A DNA stretch of 64,000 bases from a virus. Lineage: Duplodnaviria > Heunggongvirae > Uroviricota > Caudoviricetes. A model generated the notes under the pieces. The model saw only the letters and a list, made by a program, of their open reading frames with translations. It ran no database searches and was not told where the DNA came from. Below are positions 18,345-26,736 of the stretch, piece by piece (position 1 is the first letter of the stretch; each line of letters opens with the position of its first letter). The stretch is from positions 68,320-132,319 of the IMG/VR virus record IMGVR_UViG_3300010396_000001; one strand, written 5' to 3'. The position numbers were made by a program, and so were the translations under genes.

Positions 18345-19382
18345 ATGCCTCCCCGCGTGAACCCGTTGGCCCTGCACGCTCAGCAGCTGGCTAAGACCTA
18401 CGGCAGCCGGGTCGGCACCCGGCCCTCAGCTCCGTACGCCGTGGTCTCCACCGGCTCGCTGACGCTCGACTACGCCCTGCGCTCAGGCGGCTGGGTGCAG
18501 GGCCGGATTCACGAGATCGTCGGGCCGCCGGATGTCGGGAAGTCCACCGTCGCGATCAGCTCCCTGCGCGAGCAGCAGCTCGCGGACCCCGAGCGCGGCG
18601 TGGCCTATATCGACGTCGAGGGCACCTTCGATTACGACTGGGCCGAGGGGCTCGGCCTGGACTGCTCGGACGAGGCGACTGCCGCGGGCCGCTGGGTGCA
18701 CCTGTATGCCGGCACCAGCGAGGAGGCCAGTGACATGGCCCGCCAGTGCACCCGCAGCGGGCTGTACTCGATGGTCGCGGTGGACTCGATCGGCGGCATG
18801 GAGTCGAAGAAGGCCCTGGAAAGGGATGCCGAAGACGACCTGGTCGGCAAGAACGCCCAGGTCATCACGCGGATGGTCAAGCACCTCGCCTCCCTGGCGC
18901 GCACCGGCCGCACCACCTTGCTGCTGGTCAACCAGCACCGCCAGGTCGTCGGCCGGTTCGGCGGCAACACCTCCGCCGGCCCCATGGCCATGAAGCACGC
19001 CACGACGACCAAGGTCACGATGAGCCGGACGAACGAGGAGCAGCGCAAGCTGCGCTTCGAGACCGGCGGCCCGCTGGAGCCCGTCGCCACCCAGATGCGC
19101 GCCAGGGTGGACCGCTCGAAGATCGTGCCGCCAGGACGTGTCGCCGAGTACTGGATCTGCAACCGGCCGACCGAGCAGATGGGCCCTCCGGGCATTTACG
19201 TGATTGACGAGTACGCCGAGCTGGGCATCCGCCTGGGCGTGATCAAGCTGGGAGGCGCATGGTACACATTTCCCGGCGGCCTCAAGGTCCAGGGCCGCGA
19301 GAAAGTAGTCGCCGCCATGCAGGGGGACAAGAAAGTGATGGCCGAGGTACGGACCGCCATATTCGCCGGGGACGCCTCATGA
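18345..19382 (+). CDS. recA: RecA-family recombinase
   Basis: STGSLTLDYALRSGGWVQGRIHEIVGPPDVGKST matches the RecA N-core and Walker A. LLLVNQHRQ matches the RecA FINQIR motif. Confidence 0.85.
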   Translation: MPPRVNPLALHAQQLAKTYGSRVGTRPSAPYAVVSTGSLTLDYALRSGGWVQGRIHEIVGPPDVGKSTVAISSLREQQLADPERGVAYIDVEGTFDYDWAEGLGLDCSDEATAAGRWVHLYAGTSEEASDMARQCTRSGLYSMVAVDSIGGMESKKALERDAEDDLVGKNAQVITRMVKHLASLARTGRTTLLLVNQHRQVVGRFGGNTSAGPMAMKHATTTKVTMSRTNEEQRKLRFETGGPLEPVATQMRARVDRSKIVPPGRVAEYWICNRPTEQMGPPGIYVIDEYAELGIRLGVIKLGGAWYTFPGGLKVQGREKVVAAMQGDKKVMAEVRTAIFAGDAS

Positions 19383-19696
19383 CGGCCGGAGACTACAGCA
19401 TCGGATCAGGTAAGCTGCCGGGCCTGGCTAAGCTGGCCGAGGAATGCGGTGAGGTAATCCAGGTCATCGGGAAGATCATCGCCGCTGACGGGGCAGTGGC
19501 GCACTGGGACGGCAGCAACCTGATGACCCGGCTGGAAGACGAGATCGCCGATGTCCTGGCTGCCATGAAGTTCTTCAGTACAGCGAACAGCGTGGATATT
19601 CAGCGGATGGATTACCGGACGCTGGAAAAGCTGGCGCTCTTTCAGCGCTGGCACCAGGAAGCACGGGACGGGAGCCTGAGCAGAGATGGCCATTGA
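19379..19696 (+). CDS. MazG-like nucleoside triphosphate pyrophosphohydrolase (MazZ candidate)
   Basis: LAEECGEVIQ and EDEIADVL motifs (EExxE/D metal-binding helices of all-alpha NTP-PPases). ATGA overlap with recA. Confidence 0.7.
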   Translation: MTAGDYSIGSGKLPGLAKLAEECGEVIQVIGKIIAADGAVAHWDGSNLMTRLEDEIADVLAAMKFFSTANSVDIQRMDYRTLEKLALFQRWHQEARDGSLSRDGH

Positions 19697-20570
19697 GACT
19701 GTCAAGATGGGTGAGCTGCACGTTAAGGCGCTCGCCGGGCTGATCGGCGGCCGGGTGACACCAGGATCGGGCAATCAGTGGAAAGACCCGATCGACGCCC
19801 GCGCCAATCACCTGGACACTGAGTTCGCTTTCGCCGCCGAGGGCAAGTCAACTCTCGGTGCCTCGATCTCATTCTCCCGCGCCCTGATCACCAAGGCCCG
19901 CGAGCAGGCCGGGGGTGAGCGCCCCCTGATCGGCCTGCGCTTTTACGGGTCGGAGGACCTGCGCGAGATAGACGAGGACTGGGTGGCCGTGCAGCTGGCT
20001 GATTTCGGCGAGCTGCTGGAAAGGGCGGGCCGCCCTGCTGAGGCTGAGCCTGCTTCTGATGAAGTGCTCCAGCTGCGCGCTGAGGTCATCGCGCTCCGCG
20101 GGCTGAATCAGGAGACTCGCGAGGCGGCCAACCAGGCCACGACCGCCCTGGAGCAGGCCAGGGCCGTGGCCCAGCAGGCGCAGTCCGGTGCCGCCGCACC
20201 ACCCCCTGCGGAGGTCATGGCGGAACTGAGGCGCCTGCAGGAGGACGGCGAGTTCAAGACGCGCATCATCGCCGGGCTGCGGGACCAGCTGCAATCCGGC
20301 GGCCGGAGCACGCTGCAGGCTGCCATGTCCTCACCGCCGCCGGTCTTCCCGTGGCTGTCGGTCTTCCAGCTCCGCGGAGTGGACGGCCGTGCCCGGCACA
20401 CCGGCATCTTCTACGACGCCACCGGCCAGATCGAGAGCATCAGCATCAGCACTGTCCGCGTCGAGCGCGAGATCGACAACATGCCCCGCCTGATCGTCAA
20501 TGAGACTCTGGTGCGGCAGGGCGAGCTGTACATCGAGGGACAGCTGCATACCCGCGTCGGCGTGTCGTGA
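19686..20570 (+). CDS. hypothetical protein with a central coiled-coil/Ala-Gln-rich region
   Basis: 294-aa ORF coupled to its neighbours. Confidence 0.55.
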   Translation: MAIETVKMGELHVKALAGLIGGRVTPGSGNQWKDPIDARANHLDTEFAFAAEGKSTLGASISFSRALITKAREQAGGERPLIGLRFYGSEDLREIDEDWVAVQLADFGELLERAGRPAEAEPASDEVLQLRAEVIALRGLNQETREAANQATTALEQARAVAQQAQSGAAAPPPAEVMAELRRLQEDGEFKTRIIAGLRDQLQSGGRSTLQAAMSSPPPVFPWLSVFQLRGVDGRARHTGIFYDATGQIESISISTVRVEREIDNMPRLIVNETLVRQGELYIEGQLHTRVGVS

Positions 20571-20848
20571 TGGCCGAGAGCGTCTCATTTCGCATTACCA
20601 CTTACCGTAAACTTGGGCGCGGCGAGACCGGAATCACCCAGGCGGGGAGCAGGCGAATCGCCCTGAGCGCGGTCCTGGACTGGATTCTCTCTGAGCTGCC
20701 GGATGAGGCAGTCAGTATTTCCCACTCAAGTGAGAGCGAGGCTTACCCGCGATCAGGTCCTGCTCGTGATGTCGTCAGTATTGCCATCGACTGGAATAAG
20801 GTGCCGGATTCCGTCCGGCACCCCCGTATTCCGAGACGGTACCGGTAA
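20567..20848 (+). CDS. small hypothetical protein
   Basis: 93-aa ORF coupled by overlaps. Confidence 0.4.
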   Translation: MMAESVSFRITTYRKLGRGETGITQAGSRRIALSAVLDWILSELPDEAVSISHSSESEAYPRSGPARDVVSIAIDWNKVPDSVRHPRIPRRYR

Positions 20849-21573
20849 TGGCCCTGCGCACGGCAGCCGCCTTTGCCGCCGACGGGTGCCTGATCAAGCC
20901 ATTGCTCCTGCGTTTCTTCCAGGACCAGGGAATTGACTTCAGCTTTACCCTGGATATCACTCAGTCGAAAGACCGCCCGCCGGACGGCTGGTTTCATTCG
21001 TCCTCGCATCCGAGCATGACCGAGGACCAGCTGGTGGCCTATCTCAGCATGCCACCTCAGCCTGAGGAGACGACTTACGTCGGCACCATGTCACGGCTGT
21101 TCGGCACCGTGGTGGGAGATGTCATCCAGGCCGCCCTGGCTCACATGGGCATCATGGTGCCGCTGCCGCCCGGTAACTGCGTGGCCTGCGGGCTGCCCCG
21201 CCGCGGTAAAGTCCGCTGCAAGGAGCACGGCGCGATCGACATGGCCACGCATTCCCGCGGCCACCTGGACGGCATCGTCAGCCTCGGCCAGGACGGCGTC
21301 CGGGGCCTTGACGTCAAGACAATCAAGATGTGGGGCAAGTACGGAATCAAGGATGCCCCGGACATGGACCTGGATTTCTTCCGGGAGAACTGGCCGAAAT
21401 ATTATGCTCAGGGTCAGGACTACATGCGCATGACCGGGCTGCGCCAGTTCATTGTCTTTTTCATGGCGCTCGGGAACCCGTGGGAGATGCGGGAGTATCA
21501 CTTCGACTTTGACCCGGCCTTCGCCCTCGGCATCGAGACGCGCTACAAGAAAGCGCTGCGGAGAGCGGCGTGA
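20848..21573 (+). CDS. PD-(D/E)xK family exonuclease (RecB/Cas4/lambda-exo-like)
   Basis: GHLDGIVSLGQDGVRGLDVKT (D...D-x-K), YYAQGQDYM (QxxxY motif), and a Cys cluster C-x2-C...C near the N-terminal half. Confidence 0.6.
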   Translation: MALRTAAAFAADGCLIKPLLLRFFQDQGIDFSFTLDITQSKDRPPDGWFHSSSHPSMTEDQLVAYLSMPPQPEETTYVGTMSRLFGTVVGDVIQAALAHMGIMVPLPPGNCVACGLPRRGKVRCKEHGAIDMATHSRGHLDGIVSLGQDGVRGLDVKTIKMWGKYGIKDAPDMDLDFFRENWPKYYAQGQDYMRMTGLRQFIVFFMALGNPWEMREYHFDFDPAFALGIETRYKKALRRAA

Positions 21574-22202
21574 CCATCGTCTCCGACGATCTCATCCGCC
21601 AGCGGCTGCGCCGTCAGGTAAAGCCGCCGAAATCTTCCTGGGCGCCTCCTGATATCACGGAATTCGCCACCGGAGTCCGGGTGCTGTGCTGGGACCCGTC
21701 GCTGCTGCATACCGGATTCGTGGACCTTACCTGCTATGGCAGCTCATTCGAGGTCCTGGCGCACCGTACCTTCAACATGCAGTCGGCAGAGATAATCGGC
21801 TACCGCAAGACGTGGGATCTTGCCACTCATCTGCACGATGAGATCAGCCAGGTATATGTCCAGAGATCCGGCCCCTTCTGCCATACCGCAATAGAATCTC
21901 CTTATATCGGATCCGGGCAGCGTACGGAGTCGGCACTCATTGCCGGCCTTCAGGTATGGGACGTAGCCCGCCGGGTCTGCCCGGTCTCCCGGATTCACGC
22001 TGTCTCCGCCAGCCACGTTTCGTCAGTGCTGTGCGGTAACGTCCGCCACGACAAGAAGGAGATCGCGGCAGCCGTCCTGCGCTACATCCCGGAGTCCGGG
22101 AGCCGCAGCTGGTCCGAGCACCAGCGCGACGCGGCGGCCGTCGGCCTGACGCTCCTGCATGACGACCTCGCGCATGAGGAGGAACCCGGCGATGGCAGTT
22201 AG
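21570..22202 (+). CDS. RuvC-like Holliday junction resolvase
   Basis: VLCWDPSLLHTGFV (catalytic Asp), AIESPY (Glu) and HQRDAAAVGL (His/Asp) at RuvC-typical spacing. Confidence 0.6.
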   Translation: MTIVSDDLIRQRLRRQVKPPKSSWAPPDITEFATGVRVLCWDPSLLHTGFVDLTCYGSSFEVLAHRTFNMQSAEIIGYRKTWDLATHLHDEISQVYVQRSGPFCHTAIESPYIGSGQRTESALIAGLQVWDVARRVCPVSRIHAVSASHVSSVLCGNVRHDKKEIAAAVLRYIPESGSRSWSEHQRDAAAVGLTLLHDDLAHEEEPGDGS

Positions 22203-22890
22203 CACCGGCGACAGCGAGCGTCATCAGGCTCAGATCGCCCGCGTGCTGAGCGACTCGGAGGTCCCTGACGACCGGACGCAGGAGCAGCCGCTGGAGCCTG
22301 ACCCCCCGCCCGATCGCACCCGCCAGTTCCGGTACACCAACTTCTCCCGGATGCGCACCGAGTGGGGCCCCGAGGACAAGGTCCAGATCGAGGACATCCA
22401 CCACCTGGCCCGCCGCGTCATGGAAGCCCGCTTCGCCGTGGCCTACGACGTCCTGGACCGCCTGTGGCTGTGCGTGCGCTCGCCCCTGATCGGGCCCGGC
22501 GGCAGCCCGGTACCCGGAGCCAACGGGCGCCCGCAGTGGGAGACGCACCCGAACGGCTCGCCGGTAGAGGACTGGAGCCAGCTGACCGACCGCCAGCGCG
22601 AGGACTTCATCCACGAGATCACCACGCACCTGTTCGAGTGGGAGCAGGAAGCAGCCGAATTGTGGACTGAGGCCATGTATGCCAAGGTCCGGTGGGAGCA
22701 GGCTTTCGCTAACGGGTACACGGCCCCGAACGGCCGCTATACCATCGACGACCGGACTCAGATGGGCCATCTGCAGAGCGCTAACGAGCGCTATTTCGGC
22801 ATCTTCGAGGCCTCACTGTCGCGCCGCTCTGATGCCCTGGTCCGGTCTATGACGCGAGTCGTCCAGATCCTGGAAAAGACCTGGCGCTAG
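22192..22890 (+). CDS. hypothetical protein
   Basis: ORF 22159..22890. The ATG at 22192 minimises overlap with the upstream gene. Confidence 0.5.
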   Translation: MAVSTGDSERHQAQIARVLSDSEVPDDRTQEQPLEPDPPPDRTRQFRYTNFSRMRTEWGPEDKVQIEDIHHLARRVMEARFAVAYDVLDRLWLCVRSPLIGPGGSPVPGANGRPQWETHPNGSPVEDWSQLTDRQREDFIHEITTHLFEWEQEAAELWTEAMYAKVRWEQAFANGYTAPNGRYTIDDRTQMGHLQSANERYFGIFEASLSRRSDALVRSMTRVVQILEKTWR

Positions 22891-22994
22891 CAATTCTCAT
22901 TGCAGGAATCTGACGCCATTAGCGCCTTGCTTGCATGGCAGGGATCTTGCCCTATCATGCAGCTAAGCGATGCGTCTATATTCCGGGCGGTGGC

Positions 22995-24284
22995 ATGCAA
23001 GTCCCTCTCTCAGCGATCCGGCCCAATCCGTTCCGCAACATCGAGCGGTATCCCTACAGTCCGGTCAAGATCGAGAAGCTGCGGGAGTCGATCCGGAAGA
23101 CGGGATTCTGGGACAACCTGCTCGGCCGGCGGGTGCCTGACGGCCAGGGCGGCCTGGCCTACGAGATCGCCTACGGCCACCACCGCTGGGAGGCCATGCG
23201 GCTGGAGATCGCCGAGCGCCCCGCGGGCAGTGAGCAGCCCCCGGCCGAGATCGGGCTCAACATCCGCATGCTCAGCGACGCCGACATGCTGCAGATCATG
23301 GCGCGCGAGAACATGCAGGAATGGGGCACCAGCGCCACCATAGAGATCGAGACCGTCCGGGCCGTGGTCAGCGCCTACGCCGAGGGCAAGATCAGCCTTC
23401 CGGCTCCGGAGACCTCGAATACCAGCGCCGTCCGCCATGCTCCGTCGTTCCAGCTGGGCAACGGGGAGACGTCTCCCGGTTATCCCTATACTGCCTCGAC
23501 GATCGCCCCGTTCATCGGCTGGACGACCGACAAGGTCAAGGACACGCTCGCCGCCCTGGAGATGATCGAGGGCGGCGTTCTGTCTGATGCGGACTACGCC
23601 GACCTGTCCACCTCGCAGGCCCTGGCCATGACCCAGCGGGCCCGGCAGGTCCGCGACGAGGCACGCTCGCGGGTCCGCGAGCACGAGGCAGAGAGCGAGG
23701 AGTCGCGCCAGGCCGCCGCCGCCGCCCGGGCCGCAGAGGAAGAGGCCCGGCGCGAGCAGGAAGCTGCCCGCCAGCGGGCGATGGAGGAGCGCGACGAGCA
23801 GATGCGCCGTCACGCCCAGGAGGTCGAGCGCAAGGCGAAGGAAGCCTGGGAGGAGGCCAGGGCCCAGCGGGAGCTGCACGAGAGCAAGGCCGAGGGCGCC
23901 ACCCAGGCGGCAGCCAGGGAGCGTGCTGAGGCCTCGTCCAGGGCCGCCCAGGCCGCTCGCAGCGCCGGGGACCAGATGCGCGGGGGCGCCTCGGTCCGCG
24001 AGGTGACCCGGCAGCCTCCTCCGCCGCCGCCCAGTGGCGCGCCGCTGTCGCCGCCGCCCTACCCGCTGGACGAGGACGCGACGAAGGCCGCCCAGATCCT
24101 GCAGCGGATGCTCAAGGAAAGCGACATCGCCGCCATCCTCATGCAGGCCACCGTCAACAAGGTCGTGGTCTCGCCGGAGTGCCGCGCGCTGCTCGCCGGG
24201 GCGCTGACGGCCCTGGCCGAGGATGCGGTCTCCTGGCGCGGCAAGCTGCTGGAGCTGGTCCCCGCCGGCGCGGGCGCGGTCTGA
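22995..24284 (+). CDS. ParB/Srx-like nuclease-domain protein with a long charged coiled-coil and Pro-rich C-terminal part
   Basis: LSAIRPNPFRNIER...YEIAYGHHRWEAM matches ParB N-domain box II (GxxRxxA). Confidence 0.7.
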   Translation: MQVPLSAIRPNPFRNIERYPYSPVKIEKLRESIRKTGFWDNLLGRRVPDGQGGLAYEIAYGHHRWEAMRLEIAERPAGSEQPPAEIGLNIRMLSDADMLQIMARENMQEWGTSATIEIETVRAVVSAYAEGKISLPAPETSNTSAVRHAPSFQLGNGETSPGYPYTASTIAPFIGWTTDKVKDTLAALEMIEGGVLSDADYADLSTSQALAMTQRARQVRDEARSRVREHEAESEESRQAAAAARAAEEEARREQEAARQRAMEERDEQMRRHAQEVERKAKEAWEEARAQRELHESKAEGATQAAARERAEASSRAAQAARSAGDQMRGGASVREVTRQPPPPPPSGAPLSPPPYPLDEDATKAAQILQRMLKESDIAAILMQATVNKVVVSPECRALLAGALTALAEDAVSWRGKLLELVPAGAGAV

Positions 24285-24285
24285 C

Positions 24286-24627
24286 ATGGACCTCGGGGCC
24301 CTGGCGGCGGTGCTATCTCATCTTCAGCAGTTCGAGGCGCTGTTCGAGGATGAGGGCACCGACACGATCACGGCCCCGGACGGCGAGCGCATCTGCCTGC
24401 ATGACGTCCGGAAACTATATGACCAGCGGTATCTCCTCCCGCGTGATGACGCGGTAATCCTGGAGGTATCGCTTTATCATTCCGCCAACGGCTACCTGCC
24501 CGACGACCCGCATATCATCTCGATTCTTCGCCAGCTGTGCATTCTTACCGGCACCGATTACCAGGATCCTGCGCCGCAGTTCCTCGGACGGGGGGGATCC
24601 ATGACATTCCTGGGGAGCGTGACATGA
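24286..24627 (+). CDS. hypothetical protein
   Basis: ATG 2 nt after the upstream stop. 113 aa. Confidence 0.45.
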   Translation: MDLGALAAVLSHLQQFEALFEDEGTDTITAPDGERICLHDVRKLYDQRYLLPRDDAVILEVSLYHSANGYLPDDPHIISILRQLCILTGTDYQDPAPQFLGRGGSMTFLGSVT

Positions 24628-24968
24628 CTGAGGTAATTCCCGAGCGCCAGCGGATGCGGCTGCGTCACGGCGTGTGCCACCAGCTGGAGGAAGAGGCAGA
24701 CCGGCTTATCGCCGAGTCCCTGAAGGGATGCACGTCGCGGGAGGCAAAGTCCGATATTCTTACGCCGTGGAAGCTGGAGGACCGGATGAACCGGGAGATC
24801 CTCACGTCCACCGGCGTGGCTGACCCGGCAGTGCGCAAGGGAATGTTCAAGCGGACCTGGAACCCGAAGCATTCCCATCTCAACTCGCGTGACGGTCATT
24901 ACCCCGTCCGGAGATTCGTCACCGACGGGCTGGATGAGACGGTCTCCGCTTATGACAGCGAGGAATGA
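24624..24968 (+). CDS. hypothetical protein
   Basis: ATGA overlap. 114 aa. Confidence 0.45.
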   Translation: MTEVIPERQRMRLRHGVCHQLEEEADRLIAESLKGCTSREAKSDILTPWKLEDRMNREILTSTGVADPAVRKGMFKRTWNPKHSHLNSRDGHYPVRRFVTDGLDETVSAYDSEE

Positions 24969-25539
24969 GCTAAACACCCGCGTCATCGTGCTGCCCGACG
25001 GCAGCACGACCGAGGCCCTGTATGACGCTGCCTGCGGGGCCTGCCGCTCGCCGTGGATCATTGAGATCGACCGCGGCCTGGCTGAGGGCCTGGCGCCTTC
25101 AGCCATCCGCGGCTCCCTGGGCGGCCGTCGCCCGGCCTGCCCTAACGAGGGCATCCTGCGCGGGCACATCGCGCACCTGCCCCCGGCGCAGCGCGAGATG
25201 CGCGAGCAGCTGGAGACGCCCGAGCGCTCCCTGGTCGGCGTTCCCGAGGCCGTCCGCGAGGTCATCCAGCGCGGCTACCGCCAGCTGGCGGCCGGGCAGA
25301 TGGAAGTCAGCGCCTCGGACTGGATCCGGGCCCTGGCACTGCAGTCCAGGATCGACCAGGCTGACGAGCGCGTTGCCTCGGCCCAGGCCTGGCAGGACGC
25401 CTTCATGGCCTTCTTCGAGATCGTGCGCCGCTACCTGCCGCCGGCGGAGTGGCAGGCATTCCAGGCCGAGTGCTACTCCAGTCCCGAGATCCTGGCCGTC
25501 AGCATGGCCGCGCCCCCGTCTCCCGCAGCCGGCACGTGA
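24952..25539 (+). CDS. hypothetical protein
   Basis: In-frame ATG at 24952 within ORF 24889..25539. Confidence 0.45.
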   Translation: MTARNELNTRVIVLPDGSTTEALYDAACGACRSPWIIEIDRGLAEGLAPSAIRGSLGGRRPACPNEGILRGHIAHLPPAQREMREQLETPERSLVGVPEAVREVIQRGYRQLAAGQMEVSASDWIRALALQSRIDQADERVASAQAWQDAFMAFFEIVRRYLPPAEWQAFQAECYSSPEILAVSMAAPPSPAAGT

Positions 25540-25745
25540 TGGACATCGACCGCCTGCTGGCCGAGCTGACCGGGCTGACGCACCACCGCCCGCTCCAGCC
25601 GGGTGACGGCGCCCTGATCGCGCACAAGTTCAACCAGCTCAACAGCTGGCTGTGCTCGGGCGGCGTGCTGCCGGAGGCCTGGACGCGCCAGCAGCGGATT
25701 CACGCGGAAGCTCAGAAGCGCATTTCCGAGGAAGCGGGCTGCTGA
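25539..25745 (+). CDS. small hypothetical protein
   Basis: Start overlaps the upstream stop (GTGATG). Confidence 0.4.
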   Translation: MDIDRLLAELTGLTHHRPLQPGDGALIAHKFNQLNSWLCSGGVLPEAWTRQQRIHAEAQKRISEEAGC

Positions 25746-26092
25746 TGAGCGAGGAAGATCCCCGAGGCGTGAACCCGTGGCAGGAGAATCCCGAGTGGGT
25801 GGCCGAGTGGGATGTCTACCGCGATGAGCACGGGCGGCCGGTGACGATCACCGTGGAGCAGTCGCGCGCCATCTGGCATGCCATCAGGGTCGCGGATGCC
25901 GTGCGCGAGAAGGAGACGGGGGAGTCATTCTGGCAGGATGGCAGCGTGCAGGCTCAGGCCAACCTGGGCAAGAGCCGCCTGCTCGGCCGCATGCTCTTCG
26001 AGGGCAAGCCGCCGACTAAGACATCGCCGCCCATGGCCGACGGCGGCCCTGCCTGGTGGATGATGGAAGGCGGGGATCCGTTCGGTGATTGA
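25745..26092 (+). CDS. hypothetical protein
   Basis: ATGA overlap. Trp-rich, 115 aa. Confidence 0.45.
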   Translation: MSEEDPRGVNPWQENPEWVAEWDVYRDEHGRPVTITVEQSRAIWHAIRVADAVREKETGESFWQDGSVQAQANLGKSRLLGRMLFEGKPPTKTSPPMADGGPAWWMMEGGDPFGD

Positions 26093-26468
26093 CATCTACG
26101 ATTCCGAGATCGACAAGATTCTCGGAGTCCAGGCGAAACTGCAGGAGCGCGCCCGCGACCGTCCGCGCAATTACAACGACTTCGAGCGCGAGATAAAGGA
26201 GCGCTTCGAGGATATAGGCTTCACCGTAGCAGTGAACTGGCGCAATTATGCCCTCCACGGGATCGTGCAGGCCGGCTCCGCGATGCCCGAGGTAGAGATC
26301 ACCGGCCGCTGCGACCCGAAATTCGTCTTCGATCCCGATCAGCAGGTGCATGAGGTGACCAGCAACGTGCTTGGGCTGCCCGGCGAGGAGGGCGTCATCA
26401 GGACCGATGACGGGGAGGCCTTCAAGAGGCTCCGTGCGGGCGACGGGCACGGGCCTCCTCATGCTTAA
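26085..26468 (+). CDS. hypothetical protein
   Basis: 127-aa ORF in the gene string. Confidence 0.4.
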   Translation: MIDIYDSEIDKILGVQAKLQERARDRPRNYNDFEREIKERFEDIGFTVAVNWRNYALHGIVQAGSAMPEVEITGRCDPKFVFDPDQQVHEVTSNVLGLPGEEGVIRTDDGEAFKRLRAGDGHGPPHA

Positions 26469-26736
26469 AGTAGACGAGATCATCAGCCAGTTCGTCGAGG
26501 GCATCGAGCCGGGCGGGCATCATTTCCTGCTGTACTGCCATCCGCTGGTATATCGCAGGCTCCTGCAGGCGGCGGATGAGGATGCGCGGAGCTACCTGTC
26601 GCTCACTCCTCCTTTTTACAACGGCACCCACGGGCACGGGGAGATTCGCGTAGAGGCATCGATGCCTCCCGGTGCCTGGCAGCTGTTCGAGAACAGGAAG
26701 CTGATGAGCAGCGGAGTTCTCGCCGGGGAGGCCTGA
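26461..26736 (+). CDS. hypothetical protein
   Basis: In-frame ATG at 26461. Stop overlaps the terminase start. Confidence 0.4.
   Translation: MLKVDEIISQFVEGIEPGGHHFLLYCHPLVYRRLLQAADEDARSYLSLTPPFYNGTHGHGEIRVEASMPPGAWQLFENRKLMSSGVLAGEA

Noticed and set aside
17036-19696. Complete Z-base triad (PurZ + MazZ + DatZ)
   Set aside because: No HD-domain dATPase (DatZ) candidate could be recognised anywhere in the window, so only PurZ-like and MazG-like genes are reported and the Z-genome idea is left as a hypothesis.
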